From IMG/VR virus record IMGVR_UViG_3300035158_000293, positions 59,799 through 123,798 of that record: DNA of 64,000 nucleotides; one strand, 5' to 3'. Positions 37,669 to 48,254 of this stretch are shown piece by piece. Origin of the DNA: a virus. The stretch's first letter is position 1. The number at the start of each line of letters is the position of its first letter. Below the pieces are notes generated by a model, which saw only the letters and a program-made list of their open reading frames with translations, was not told the DNA's origin and made no database searches. A program made the translations under genes and the position numbers.

Positions 37669-38508
37669 TTAAAGGTGGCCTGTGCGTTTTATTTTGCGCA
37701 AGCGTGTGATGTGGCCTCCGCGGGTTGTGGCGGCTTCTTCCGCTACCTGCTCGATTTGTTCAGGGGAAGCAACGCGGATCATGAGCTTGTCACGGCAGTT
37801 CGTCAAACAAATCGTGAGACCGCTCCGAGGTGTAGTCGGGAGGAGTAACTTGGTGTATGGACTGTTCTCAAACATGTAACGACACGAGGGGCATGTGACT
37901 TTGTCGTTCGGACCACTCCACCAAATTAACACGTTTTGAGGCAAACCCATAACCCTCGCGCTGTCATAGAAAGACTCGAGCGCGTCAACGTACATTCGTG
38001 TTCGCCTATCCAGAGGCATTTTGTAGTTGCCGGTTACAACGGCTTCGATATACTTATTCAAAAACCGCATCTCGTGTTGCATAGCGGACTTAATCCACAT
38101 CTTGTCGTGGTCCGACAAGTCAATAAGCGGCTTCCCTTTTCCTGCGCCCTCTCCGGGAACCCCGCCTGCACGAAGCCCTGCCATGTACACTTTGTTCCAA
38201 GCGTCCTTCATGGTAGTTACCACAGCCTCGCGAAACTCCTCCGCGTCTATCCGACCCGCCTGAAACGCCCCTATACTCGCCATAAGCGCGGGGTAGACCT
38301 CTTTTTTAATGCGCTTCAACTTGCGCTTGCCGACGGTCTGCCCCTTTTTTCGGGCGTTGGCCACTTGTTCAGGGGTCACGTCTCCCAACTTCTCCGAAGA
38401 GTCGATTGTCAACTCATACGGTGAAGCGGTTCCGAGAGCTTTACCCTCCATAATCAAGAGGTCGTCCTCGTACACTACGTGTCTCTTCGGTGCATCCCTC
38501 GTAGGCAT
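37669..38508 (-). CDS. Head morphogenesis (F-like/SPP1 gp7-like) protein
   Basis: Downstream of the portal; TCPSC..LPTTPRSGLTICLTNCR motif. Confidence 0.55.
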   Translation of the reverse strand: MPTRDAPKRHVVYEDDLLIMEGKALGTASPYELTIDSSEKLGDVTPEQVANARKKGQTVGKRKLKRIKKEVYPALMASIGAFQAGRIDAEEFREAVVTTMKDAWNKVYMAGLRAGGVPGEGAGKGKPLIDLSDHDKMWIKSAMQHEMRFLNKYIEAVVTGNYKMPLDRRTRMYVDALESFYDSARVMGLPQNVLIWWSGPNDKVTCPSCRYMFENSPYTKLLLPTTPRSGLTICLTNCRDKLMIRVASPEQIEQVAEEAATTRGGHITRLRKIKRTGHL

Positions 38509-38996
38509 TTTCGATACGCCTCAAAACCTGTTGGTGAATACGACCTTTGGCGGTGTTCCTGAGTCCGTCTGCGCCAACGCTTTGACAACGCATGGTCTTT
38601 TCGTTTGTGGTCCCAAATAGGAGGGCAAACAAGTTTGACGTAATTCTGAAAAGGGACATGCGGACGGAAACGTGGACACGAAAACGTCATCCCTTTTTCA
38701 TACCCGTGTTTTGGCGTCACCGGTATAGCAAAGAACACGCCGAAACAAGGTACCGAAACGACTTTGCCCTTCGCTACCTGCTCCACCAACTCCTCAAGAA
38801 AATACGTCATGGCAATGTGTGCATCTTCCGGCGTTAGCCCTGTTTCAACAACCACACGAGCAATACACGCCCGTAACGGGTTTGCGTACTCCTCACGACT
38901 GAAATAAGGCACTTTCACCTTGTGTAATTTGGGCAATCTTACTGCCTTGCGTTTACCCCAATCAGTAGAACCTGTGGGATCGGGTGCTTTCCCCAT
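38475..38996 (-). CDS. Divergent HU/IHF-like protein
   Basis: GKVVSVPCFGVF..PRFRP. Confidence 0.55.
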   Translation of the reverse strand: MGKAPDPTGSTDWGKRKAVRLPKLHKVKVPYFSREEYANPLRACIARVVVETGLTPEDAHIAMTYFLEELVEQVAKGKVVSVPCFGVFFAIPVTPKHGYEKGMTFSCPRFRPHVPFQNYVKLVCPPIWDHKRKDHALSKRWRRRTQEHRQRSYSPTGFEAYRKCLRGMHRRDT

Positions 38997-38999
38997 ACG

Positions 39000-40811
39000 T
39001 TAGTCCTCCAAAACTTCCGCGTTCGGATTCGAACTTTGTAAACCCTCTAAATCCTCTTGCAAAATTTTCGCCTCTTTATCATCTTCATAAGTGTCACTCA
39101 AAACCCGACCCTTGATTGTCGGAGGTAGCAAACTTGGGTCAGTCTGAGCGAGCATCTGATCTGCGGCCATGTGTTCCTGTCCGTACTCTGCGAAGTCCCC
39201 TATGATTTTCCGCAACCGAGGGGATTTGTGAACAGCTTCCGCTACCAACCTTTGTTCCTCTGCACTCAAGGGGTAAAACCCCTTGCTCTGTTCTTCGTAA
39301 AGCTGCTCCCGCCACTCCTTCATGTCCATGAGTTTATCGACGCCTTTTGGAGGCTCCATACTCGCTCCGAAGCCACCAAAACCACCACCGCCGCCAAAAC
39401 CACCACCCTCGCCGCCTTGTTGCGCTTGCTTGGGTTTGTTGGTCAATTTCGTAACCAACTCTTCAGGAAGCTTTGCGTAGTTCAACAAAATGTACACACT
39501 CCATGTACGAGCGTCCAACCCCATATCCTGCGCCAAACGACTCATGGACTCAATAATCTGATAGCGCAGTTGTATCAATTCCAAACGCTCCCATTCGTCC
39601 AAGTAACTGATTGGGGACATCTGTACGAGGAACGGGTGTTTGTCAATGTTGTAATCCGTCATTTCCGGGTCCGTTGGGAGCAACGTGTAGTGTACGTCCA
39701 AAAGCTGGCGCATACCATAGATGACGCAGGTCTGAACACGTTTGATTGTTCTTGCCCAACGCACGTCTTGTTGAACCAACGTGGCCTTGGCGTTAATCTC
39801 CCCCTCGTAGCCGAAGTACGCCTTTGGCGCTTTCGCAGCACCAAAGAACGCATTGATGAAGTAATTGAGGTCGTACAACATGTCCATATTGCCTGCACCG
39901 GACAGTTGCTCGATCCGTGTCTGACTCCCCTCGAACGTGGGCAGAAATATGTCTTCCAGCGGGGTCAAAGGGTTGTACTGTTTTTTGTAGTCCGGGCTCG
40001 CAGGGTCAACGTACTCATGTTTTCGGAAGCGTTTACGGAAGGCGTTCAACGCGCTGGCCGCTTCATGTTCTTCCAGATGGGAAACATCCACAAGAATCAT
40101 ATTCCTGTCCGGGGCACGGCGCAAACGGTACATGAGTACGGCATCCTCAGCCAAACTCAATTGCCTCCACGGTCGAAAGATGTTCTCCAATAAGGAACTA
40201 CCATACCCCGAAGTGTCGTCCTTACCAAGATACCGAAAGTGTATGTAGTCCCAAGGCCACGACACCTTTCGAGATTTATTCCGGTACTTTTTACCTGTCT
40301 CTGTAAACCCTATCAGGCGGCTGTATTTGTCCTGCAACCGTGTCATGTCTTTTGCTTCTACGGGGTGCCACGCCAGCACACCTTTTCCCGTCTGATAGAT
40401 CAAGCGTTGGAACGCATCCCCGTACTTTGTCATACGTCGTACAATCGCAGGCAACCGCGCCTCAGCCTGTACATTGCGCAAACACTCATTACCGGCTTCA
40501 ATCATCTTTGTCGATTCGGACTCGACCCATACGATCTTACCTTTGTCGTAGTCCTTTTGACAAGTTTCCTCCGCGTAAGCATCGAGAAGGGCGGACACCA
40601 ACGGAAACGTATCCATCTCTTCAAATAACTGATAGCGCTGTGCTCTGTTTGGGGAGAGTTGGAATTGGCTTTTGAACCAATCACGATCCGGTGCCGTACC
40701 CTCCATATCGGCATCGAACATGATCGGGTGAGACTGCTTCTTATACAACCCGAGTAGCCGCCAAAACCATCCCACTTTGTGTGGATTACCTTTAGGTTCA
40801 CTACCAGTCAT
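39000..40811 (-). CDS. Portal protein (T4 gp20-like)
   Basis: YGSSLLE..WRQLSLAEDAVLMYRLRRAPDRNMILVDV, EDIFLP, QQDVRWARTIKRVQ; adjacent to terL. Confidence 0.92.
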   Translation of the reverse strand: MTGSEPKGNPHKVGWFWRLLGLYKKQSHPIMFDADMEGTAPDRDWFKSQFQLSPNRAQRYQLFEEMDTFPLVSALLDAYAEETCQKDYDKGKIVWVESESTKMIEAGNECLRNVQAEARLPAIVRRMTKYGDAFQRLIYQTGKGVLAWHPVEAKDMTRLQDKYSRLIGFTETGKKYRNKSRKVSWPWDYIHFRYLGKDDTSGYGSSLLENIFRPWRQLSLAEDAVLMYRLRRAPDRNMILVDVSHLEEHEAASALNAFRKRFRKHEYVDPASPDYKKQYNPLTPLEDIFLPTFEGSQTRIEQLSGAGNMDMLYDLNYFINAFFGAAKAPKAYFGYEGEINAKATLVQQDVRWARTIKRVQTCVIYGMRQLLDVHYTLLPTDPEMTDYNIDKHPFLVQMSPISYLDEWERLELIQLRYQIIESMSRLAQDMGLDARTWSVYILLNYAKLPEELVTKLTNKPKQAQQGGEGGGFGGGGGFGGFGASMEPPKGVDKLMDMKEWREQLYEEQSKGFYPLSAEEQRLVAEAVHKSPRLRKIIGDFAEYGQEHMAADQMLAQTDPSLLPPTIKGRVLSDTYEDDKEAKILQEDLEGLQSSNPNAEVLED

Positions 40812-43691
40812 TTACTTGTCCTTTATGTTTGCTCTCAACTTTTCCCAATCCACAGTCATACCACCAATTCTCTGGACCTTGGGTGGCTTCTCAATATCGG
40901 CCCCTTTCGGGTCTACCACACGCCCTGAAGCCACGCGGAATTCATCCACATCCATCACCGGCGGGAGATTAGCGCGGACACGATCATCACGAATCGTATT
41001 CCAAAAAGAGCCACACACCGCGTCTGAAACGTCTTTTCGGCCTTTGCCTCCCTTGGAAGACTTCGCAGGGTGGTCAACCTTCCTACGCTGAAGATCGCGT
41101 TGCAGGTCGAGCATCTCCTCAATGAACGGGTCATAACTGTACATCGCTATTCTACGCTCATAGAGTGCGTTCTTCAAGCTCATATATGGTTCGTCCGACC
41201 TGTCCACAGACGTCAAACCCGCCTCCACCCGCTGTTTCCGTAGTATCTGTACAGAGTCCCTCGATTGAAAACCATCGAAGGTAACACGCATCACATTCAA
41301 ACCGATACGCCGCAGAAACAGGATAAAGCTACGGATTTTGGACAAGTCGATTTCTGAACCCGGTGGAGGCCATATTTGAAGCATGAAATCAATTATTACG
41401 AAGGGACTCTCCTTGACGAACGGCACACCGTCAGGTCCATTGCGTTTGTGCCGAACCATACCACTCAGGTGGGAAACAGCCAGCCCCGCACAATCACCTG
41501 TCAACGCCAAGTCAACGTGCATCAAACGGGGAGCCGTCGGATTTATCCGAGGAACCCATTCGCTGGCCTTGTTGCGACAAAACTTTCGAACGTCGAAGTA
41601 GTCCTCTATCCCAACATCGTCCCGCGTATCCAACGTGATTACATCCCGTGTAAAGGGATGCTTCAGGTTGCCGCTCACCGCCTCCGCAAGCGACGTTCGG
41701 TCGCTGATTAGAGGCGAGAGGTTGAATGTGGCAACACCAGCTATGTCCCGTAGCGCCTGATCGGTGTCTGCTTCGAAATCTTCACGAAACTCCCACGGTA
41801 TCTCCACCGTCATGGCATTTTCCCGCGACTGTTCCTCGTCCCTCAAAATACGACTTTGTGCATACCTGTCGCCAACCTCCACACGAAAACCGGGCCACGT
41901 AAACTTCTTGTTCTTAACTTCCCACAAGCGGTAGTCAGAGACATACGTGCGCTTGGACCCCTTTGTCCGCGCCAAATGCTCTTCAAGGAAACTCGTTTGC
42001 GCATTTCGTGAGGACATCAAGATCATTAGGCCCGGAACTGTACCGCCCGACCGAATAAAACGTGACTTCATTCGAGTGTGAGTTGCATTGTACAGGTCGT
42101 AAGCCTGCCCCGTGAACTTGCCTTGTTCTTTTGACTCCTTCACGCGCATGAAGTTTACCTCGTCCAAAACAAAACTGAACAAGTCCAAGCCGAGGGCGTG
42201 CAACTCCTGACTACCGGGGATCACCTGTATGCGTCTGTCGGTAAAGTCTATTTTAGAATCAATCTTGGTCGACCGCGGGAAATCATATTTGAAGTAGGGC
42301 GATACATCTATGAAGCCCCGCAGCTTGTAATATCCAGTATCGGCAACCTGCCGTTTCGTTATGGAATAAATGCCGAACACAATCAACGAATCTGTTAGTA
42401 GGTCATAGTAACCCGCAGGGTCGCGAAGGCAGGACATGCAGTAAATCTTATATGCGATAGCCGACATAGCCAACGTGGTGTTGTGGCTTATAAACCCGTC
42501 AGAGATGTATGATGGGTCGCCGTCCACCGTCAAATCATAGCAATGTGCCTGTGATGTTTCTTTACTTGACACAACGTCAATCAGGTAGTTTTCCAGCAAG
42601 TCGTCCGGCAACCCACCCCAAACAGGATCACTCGGCAAGTCTATTTCCGCTGTGCTATACGTCCAAGTGCTTGTTGCCCGATCTCGCGTCACCTCCATCG
42701 GGTATAGACGCTCTATGTAGTAGGACTGAAACCCTGTCTGTGGGTTGACCTTTGTCGGGGTAATCTCCACGTACCAACCAACCATTGTGGCAAGCGCGGA
42801 AACCTCACGAACGACCTCCAGACTCCCAAAACGCGCCCCATTCGTATAGTAACCGTTCAAAAACCTGACGATGGTGGAGCGTGTACCTAAAAGGACTTCG
42901 TCCGGGATAGGGCCATTCAAAACAACACCTTGCTGATACACGTAGTACCGCTCTGCGGAACCGAAGGCTGTGGCCTGCACTTGTAACAACGTATCACCTG
43001 TTTCAAGGTCTTCCAAAGCCTTCCATTCTATCTCCCTTGAAACTCGGTTATATACACGGATTCGGTGGTTTGGGCGGCCCTCTAGTACTTGACCGCGACG
43101 TGTATGAACCTTGATAGTAGCTGTGACCCCTTCGTCATGTGTGCTGGTTATGGGATGAAGTCCTGTTTCGGTTTGTACAAGTGTGCCTTCTTTACCATAC
43201 AAGTCCTTTATCCGACGCGGACCTTGCGCAGTATTTATGTACGTGTTTTCTTCAACACACTTCCCAATGCCAATGGCTCCTGTCATTATCCACTCAAAAA
43301 CCTCACTCCCCGGCTTGAAAACCTGCCTCAAATCTTCTCGCCAACGCTCGTGTAAACCAGAGAGAGCACGCCCAAGGTAGTAATCGTCGGTAACGAACTG
43401 GTCTATGGAAACTGGTTTGCGAACGTAATCCACTTCCCAAATTGTATCGTGAATAGCGTTTTGAGCTTCACCCTCCACAATGGCTTCCGCAAGCCATTGC
43501 ACTACGAGGTCGCGCTCGTGGTCGGACAAGTCATCAAACAAATCGCGTCGCTTGTGGAGGGCCTCCAAAGCGACGCGATCAAATAGCCGACCTTCTGACT
43601 CTCTTTTGACACTTTCTGGACGTTTCACAGCGTCAAAAACGGAGCGCTTGCCTACAGGCTTACGACGTATCCTTTTTTTCTTTTTTGCCAT
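40812..43691 (-). CDS. terL: Terminase large subunit with intein
   Basis: Walker A TGAIGIGK/TT, Walker B FVLDE, nuclease HVDLA..TFDGFQS..VDHP..KDVSDA. Confidence 0.9.
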   Translation of the reverse strand: MAKKKKRIRRKPVGKRSVFDAVKRPESVKRESEGRLFDRVALEALHKRRDLFDDLSDHERDLVVQWLAEAIVEGEAQNAIHDTIWEVDYVRKPVSIDQFVTDDYYLGRALSGLHERWREDLRQVFKPGSEVFEWIMTGAIGIGKCVEENTYINTAQGPRRIKDLYGKEGTLVQTETGLHPITSTHDEGVTATIKVHTRRGQVLEGRPNHRIRVYNRVSREIEWKALEDLETGDTLLQVQATAFGSAERYYVYQQGVVLNGPIPDEVLLGTRSTIVRFLNGYYTNGARFGSLEVVREVSALATMVGWYVEITPTKVNPQTGFQSYYIERLYPMEVTRDRATSTWTYSTAEIDLPSDPVWGGLPDDLLENYLIDVVSSKETSQAHCYDLTVDGDPSYISDGFISHNTTLAMSAIAYKIYCMSCLRDPAGYYDLLTDSLIVFGIYSITKRQVADTGYYKLRGFIDVSPYFKYDFPRSTKIDSKIDFTDRRIQVIPGSQELHALGLDLFSFVLDEVNFMRVKESKEQGKFTGQAYDLYNATHTRMKSRFIRSGGTVPGLMILMSSRNAQTSFLEEHLARTKGSKRTYVSDYRLWEVKNKKFTWPGFRVEVGDRYAQSRILRDEEQSRENAMTVEIPWEFREDFEADTDQALRDIAGVATFNLSPLISDRTSLAEAVSGNLKHPFTRDVITLDTRDDVGIEDYFDVRKFCRNKASEWVPRINPTAPRLMHVDLALTGDCAGLAVSHLSGMVRHKRNGPDGVPFVKESPFVIIDFMLQIWPPPGSEIDLSKIRSFILFLRRIGLNVMRVTFDGFQSRDSVQILRKQRVEAGLTSVDRSDEPYMSLKNALYERRIAMYSYDPFIEEMLDLQRDLQRRKVDHPAKSSKGGKGRKDVSDAVCGSFWNTIRDDRVRANLPPVMDVDEFRVASGRVVDPKGADIEKPPKVQRIGGMTVDWEKLRANIKDK
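42480..43259 (-). mobile_element. Intein (260 aa) in the terminase P-loop with a degenerate homing endonuclease
   Basis: Starts CVEENT after GIGK and ends CYDLTV..YISDGFISHN followed by T. FLNGYYTNG is a LAGLIDADG remnant. Confidence 0.9.
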
Positions 43692-44313
43692 CAGTATCGT
43701 CCAAACCTAAATTGCCTCTGTTCGCGATTAGTTTCTTGATGTCCTTATCTCGAAGCAACTCGTCAATGACATTGCGCACGCGCTCCCTCGAAGTGGCTCG
43801 CTCCTCTGCCGTAAGTTTACTCTGCCGCTCTTCGTTCTCCACCTCGATAATGTCACTACCCCCCGATTTTAACAGCACACTCACGTTCACGCCAGTATTT
43901 ATCCGATCCTTGCTGGTGGGGGCCAACCCAACGCGATCCAGAATATCCCTAGCGGCTGAGAACTGTGCTTTTGTAGGGGTTGGTCGTCGTATCCGAGGTC
44001 TCCCGGACTCGTCCAACGCTAATGAGCCATCTGAATTCCTTACGTATTCTGGCCCTTCCAGCGTGTGTTCAAGTATCTCTATGGCACGAGGAGAAAGACG
44101 TGAGAGCTTGCGCCGACTAATAAACTTGCTGGCAGCATCCAGTACTTCTTGGTTGTTGAACTCACGCTCCAAAAGGTGCAACATGCTGCGCACCTCTGGT
44201 CGTGCCAAGAACTCCTCAATGTCACTACTAGACAAGCCCCGCTCTATCAACCCTGCGGGGCCAAACTGGAAAGCCGCTTCCACCAACTTCTTATCCGTCG
44301 ACGACAGAGCCAT
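43660..44313 (-). CDS. Hypothetical protein, candidate small terminase
   Basis: Directly upstream of terL; AARDILDRVG motif. Confidence 0.45.
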   Translation of the reverse strand: MALSSTDKKLVEAAFQFGPAGLIERGLSSSDIEEFLARPEVRSMLHLLEREFNNQEVLDAASKFISRRKLSRLSPRAIEILEHTLEGPEYVRNSDGSLALDESGRPRIRRPTPTKAQFSAARDILDRVGLAPTSKDRINTGVNVSVLLKSGGSDIIEVENEERQSKLTAEERATSRERVRNVIDELLRDKDIKKLIANRGNLGLDDTDGKKEKKDTS

Positions 44314-44809
44314 CGTTCAACACCTTCTTCAACCCGGTAGATAGAATGAGTCGGACGTGCTTGCGCGGCTCTGCCTCCTCAAGCTCACCAGTTACAGGAT
44401 GCCGGTAGTTGGTACCCTTGCGGGCATACGGCTCCAACCTAGCAAGGTGTGGTATGGTTACAGGAACGCCCGCGATCAAAGCCTTGCGTATAAATTTTAC
44501 AAGGGTTTGAATGATCGCCTTTGCACCGCTTTGTTTAAGGGAAAACTCACGGCGCAATTCGTTTTCCATATCAGAGCCTACAACCCGGTCTGCGGTATCC
44601 CAATCTATATTGGGAATGGGCTTGTAAACCCTTGGTCGTCCGCGTTTCTTTTTTCCCTCATCCGGCGGAGGTTCTGCAATAAGCCGTTTAGCTGCGCGGG
44701 TGAAGTTTTTTGGAAGTCCTCTACTACGCAAACTGTCAGGGGATTCGCGATTGATTCTAACCTTACATCCAAAATTGGATTTGCCGCTTTTGCTTTCACG
44801 CCTAACCAT
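44291..44809 (-). CDS. HU/IHF-like protein with basic N-terminal extension
   Basis: GVPVTIPHLARLEPYARKGTNYRHPVTGE; KRGRPR AT-hook-like motif. Confidence 0.65.
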   Translation of the reverse strand: MVRRESKSGKSNFGCKVRINRESPDSLRSRGLPKNFTRAAKRLIAEPPPDEGKKKRGRPRVYKPIPNIDWDTADRVVGSDMENELRREFSLKQSGAKAIIQTLVKFIRKALIAGVPVTIPHLARLEPYARKGTNYRHPVTGELEEAEPRKHVRLILSTGLKKVLNDGSVVDG

Positions 44810-45204
44810 CGGGCAACCTCCTCATAGACCATAACGTAGATCGGCTGTCTATTCCGTGTGAAAACCAACAAAGGGCACAAGTCAACCGATTCAGCTTGCT
44901 CCTCTGCCTGTTCCCACCACGCTAAAGGCCCCCACCTTTTCTGTGTGAACATACCGTCGAAGGTCCATCCCTCGCGATTTTTGGCCTCCACACAGAAAGG
45001 AAAAACAATTCCCGGCTTGTGCAAAACGTCTCCGGCACCCTCCCAATGGCCCGAAGACGGCATACTGTTTGTAGTACGACGGCGAAAAGGCAAATCGTAA
45101 ACACTCTTTTTCGACCAATCTGTATCAGGCACGAGCCATCCGCTAAACGCTCTGCAAACCGCGTTCTCGAATCTGTTTCCCTTACTCTGTCCGTTTACCG
45201 CCAC
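44605..45204 (-). CDS. Holliday junction resolvase (PD-(D/E)xK)
   Basis: SKGNRFE, GDV, FCVEAKNRE, WWEQA, PLLVFTRNR. Confidence 0.8.
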   Translation of the reverse strand: MAVNGQSKGNRFENAVCRAFSGWLVPDTDWSKKSVYDLPFRRRTTNSMPSSGHWEGAGDVLHKPGIVFPFCVEAKNREGWTFDGMFTQKRWGPLAWWEQAEEQAESVDLCPLLVFTRNRQPIYVMVYEEVARWLGVKAKAANPILDVRLESIANPLTVCVVEDFQKTSPAQLNGLLQNLRRMREKRNADDQGFTSPFPI

Positions 45205-45235
45205 AACACCCTCCACCTATCACATCACTACTACT

Positions 45236-45264
45236 ATTATACCACACTCTTACCCGTATTGCAC
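45236..45264 (-). promoter_or_regulatory. Extended -10 promoter
   Basis: GTGCAA-17bp-TATAAT with TGTGG upstream of the -10. Confidence 0.55.
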
Positions 45265-45277
45265 GCCGTTTTGCAAA

Positions 45278-47158
45278 TTAACTCTCTACGACGCTTGCAC
45301 TTGTACCATCATGTTGTACGATAAGTAACCTATCTGCAATTTCTTTTAAGCCTTCTGTATGAGTTATAAGCGTAACAGGTACGTCACGGGATACTTCAAA
45401 CAACAAATCCCCTATGGTTTCTACACCAGACTTGTCAAGACCGTCAAAAATTTCATCTGCAAAAAACTGTTTGATGGGTTTCAAATTACGAGAGGCGGCA
45501 ATGTCCCTAAAAGCCAAAAGCAAACTTAAATCCAATCGCTTTTTCTGTCCTTTGCTCGCTCCTGCATACGTATCAGTACACGAAGGGATAACGCCTTCCA
45601 CAACCATCTCTTCCTTCACTTTGTCGGACGACTTCAACTGCCGAACGGCTGACAATGAGACTTGAGCACCGGCCCCAAGTAGTCGATGCGCGTAAGCCGT
45701 TGCTCTGCTTGTTATCTCAGGTATCTGCGCCTCTATCAAAAAGGACTTCAAGCCTTTGTTACCGAACGCCTCGGCCAAAAACTCCAAGACGGAAACTTCA
45801 CCTTTGACACGCTCTATTACTGCCTCCGTCTCCCTTCTCTGTTGTTCCAGACTCTCTATTTCAGCTTCTTGTTTTTCTGTGGTTTCTTGACGGTGTGTCA
45901 CCCACTCCCGTAACAACTTGATGTGTTCAAGTAGTTTGTCAAGTTCAAGCTTCCACACCTCCACTTCACGAGTTTCTTCCTGTAACTCTCGCTCAAGGTC
46001 CGCCAAACGGTGGTTCTCCTCTTTTAGCGGTAAAACCAAGGCGTCTATCTGGTCCCTAAGCCATGTCTCATCCGCTTGCAAAAGGGCACTCTCCGTAGTC
46101 AACTGCGAGTACTCTGCTTGCAACGCACCAATAACGCTGTGTGCTCTGTTTTTTGAAAGAGTTTGCTGACACGTCGGACACTCCGCTCCCGCCAATTTTT
46201 CAAATTTGGCTATCCGCCGTTGGACTGCGGACATCTCCCCCTTAACCTCTGCAACGGCGGCCTCGTACTCTCTCAGTTCCTCGGTTAGTTTGCTTTTCCG
46301 ATCTTGGTAAATCCGTGCCGCACGCGCATAAGCTCGAGCCAATCTGCTATCCCTTTGTTTCTCCTCATTAAAGTCGGCCTCTACGCTCTCAAGGCGTTTT
46401 TGCCTGCGTTTGTATACTATCTGCACCAAGCGGTACTTCAACCGTGCTTGTTGAAGTGCCTCTTCTACGTTACCTCTATCCTGATCGGTTTGTTTTGCTT
46501 CTTCCAAGGCCCTCTTGCACCTGTCCAACGTGGCCCTCACACCCTCAAGCTTGGTTTCCTTCCGTGTCAACTCCGTTGTTTTGTGTTTCAACCGACGTTT
46601 GGCTATCTTCTCAGCCTCCCCGTAGACCTCAAGACCCAACAATGTTTCGAGAATTTGCTTCCGCCCCGAATCTGTTGTGGAGAAAAAGGACTTTACGTCC
46701 TCACGCGCACCAAATGCCACAGAGTTTGAAAAGGTCACGTAGTCCATGCCCAACAACTGCGTAATCGCAAGGTCTGTCTGTGGATTGGTCCCTCGACTGC
46801 AATCCTCACCATCAACTATCAGGTGTACATTGTTTTTGTGTTTTCTGTGCTTTCGATGCCGCGCCACCTTTATTACCCGCTCGCTCGTGTGCAACGTAAC
46901 TGACACACGGGCACCACCCTTCGATCCTAAACGCACCACTTCGTCTTTCGCGTAGCGTTCCCGAACACAACGACCAAAGAGCGCCCATGCGACGCCATCG
47001 ATCAGGAAAGATTTGCCTGCGCCGTTGCTATCACACCCTTTGCGCCCCTCCATACGGCCTTCTATCACCGTCAAACCGGGCCTTGAAAAATCCACGGTGA
47101 CATCCGCAAACGGACCAAAATTCTGGTAGTTGACTTCCCCGATTTGAAACACGTTCAA
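45278..47158 (-). CDS. SbcC/Rad50/gp46-like recombination ATPase
   Basis: SNGAGKS, coiled coil with CPTC hook, SKGQ signature, FADEIFDGLD, LITH. Confidence 0.92.
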   Translation of the reverse strand: MNVFQIGEVNYQNFGPFADVTVDFSRPGLTVIEGRMEGRKGCDSNGAGKSFLIDGVAWALFGRCVRERYAKDEVVRLGSKGGARVSVTLHTSERVIKVARHRKHRKHKNNVHLIVDGEDCSRGTNPQTDLAITQLLGMDYVTFSNSVAFGAREDVKSFFSTTDSGRKQILETLLGLEVYGEAEKIAKRRLKHKTTELTRKETKLEGVRATLDRCKRALEEAKQTDQDRGNVEEALQQARLKYRLVQIVYKRRQKRLESVEADFNEEKQRDSRLARAYARAARIYQDRKSKLTEELREYEAAVAEVKGEMSAVQRRIAKFEKLAGAECPTCQQTLSKNRAHSVIGALQAEYSQLTTESALLQADETWLRDQIDALVLPLKEENHRLADLERELQEETREVEVWKLELDKLLEHIKLLREWVTHRQETTEKQEAEIESLEQQRRETEAVIERVKGEVSVLEFLAEAFGNKGLKSFLIEAQIPEITSRATAYAHRLLGAGAQVSLSAVRQLKSSDKVKEEMVVEGVIPSCTDTYAGASKGQKKRLDLSLLLAFRDIAASRNLKPIKQFFADEIFDGLDKSGVETIGDLLFEVSRDVPVTLITHTEGLKEIADRLLIVQHDGTSASVVES

Positions 47159-48246
47159 CCCCTCGCTTCATCCAAGATTTGCAAACCGACCTTGACTATC
47201 TTCTCTGCTTTTTTCCCCACGATGCCTTTGAACGCGCAATACCGAGTCAGCACGTCGGTGTCGGGAGTGCTCACCTGTACGTCGATGCGAGGCTTCACCG
47301 CGTCTTTCATCTTTACCTTGGACGCCTCCACGTTCTTCGTGCGCTCCATGACCTTTGATACTACCAATTCAACATCATCCGCCTCGTCAAACGCCACACG
47401 GACATAATCGGACCCGCCAACGCCCGAGACATCATAATCGCTGTCTTTTATGAGGTGAAACCGCGGTGAAACGTCGTTCTCAACAAAACGCAGGCCCCAA
47501 TCGTCCGCCGCGTGGAAATGCAATAGCCCCGGAACCGTACCCGCCTCCCTGTAATCCAAATGCCACGGCGACCCCACGTAAACTACGTTCGAGGGCGCTT
47601 TAACACGGCCACCATCCCGAAGGTAATTATGGACTTCCCTCGGCAATTTAGACGTCGGCACAAATTGGTGTTTGTGGACATCTCCCAAAATAATCCAATC
47701 GAACTCTGCGGTGTGCAGATATTCCAATGGCACGCCCTTGTCCTTGTCGGGAAACAAACCCGCTACCAACAAGTGTGAACAGAGGATACAACTCTCCTCT
47801 TGTACTGCCTCTGCAACCTGCTTTTTGATCACTTCGGGATCATCATTCCACGGGACCAAGTAGAAATTTGGGTCCACACTCCACGGTTGTGGACTCTCCA
47901 CCACCTCCACAATACCGCGCAACGCCTGCAAACTGTTTTGTTTTGGATTGCGCAGGTACGAATCATGATTCCCAGCGAGTACGGTAATCGGCCTATCGTA
48001 CTCCGAAACCAAATCATCGAAAAGTCTACACACCGCGTCAATAAGAGACACCGGCAACTCTGTGCGGCTATCAAAAATATCCCCGAGAACCAAAAACGCA
48101 GACGCACCTCGCTTGACTTCCCGCTCAAATAATACACGGAACCCCTGCAACATGTCTGTCAAGCGCGTAGTTATCCCGTCGGATGTAACCGTCGAGTGCT
48201 TGTGCTGTTCTTGAAAATGCAAATCCGCAAAAATACCATACCCCAT
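47155..48246 (-). CDS. SbcD/Mre11/gp47-like nuclease
   Basis: ADLH, GDIFD, GNHD, LGDVHKHQ, YVGSP. Confidence 0.9.
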   Translation of the reverse strand: MGYGIFADLHFQEQHKHSTVTSDGITTRLTDMLQGFRVLFEREVKRGASAFLVLGDIFDSRTELPVSLIDAVCRLFDDLVSEYDRPITVLAGNHDSYLRNPKQNSLQALRGIVEVVESPQPWSVDPNFYLVPWNDDPEVIKKQVAEAVQEESCILCSHLLVAGLFPDKDKGVPLEYLHTAEFDWIILGDVHKHQFVPTSKLPREVHNYLRDGGRVKAPSNVVYVGSPWHLDYREAGTVPGLLHFHAADDWGLRFVENDVSPRFHLIKDSDYDVSGVGGSDYVRVAFDEADDVELVVSKVMERTKNVEASKVKMKDAVKPRIDVQVSTPDTDVLTRYCAFKGIVGKKAEKIVKVGLQILDEARG

Positions 48247-48254
48247 GATTCCAC

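Noticed and set aside
45887-45901. TTGACGGTGTGTCAC as a 14th palindrome copy
   Set aside because: It has two mismatches, so it was not counted, although it falls in a gap in the spacing.
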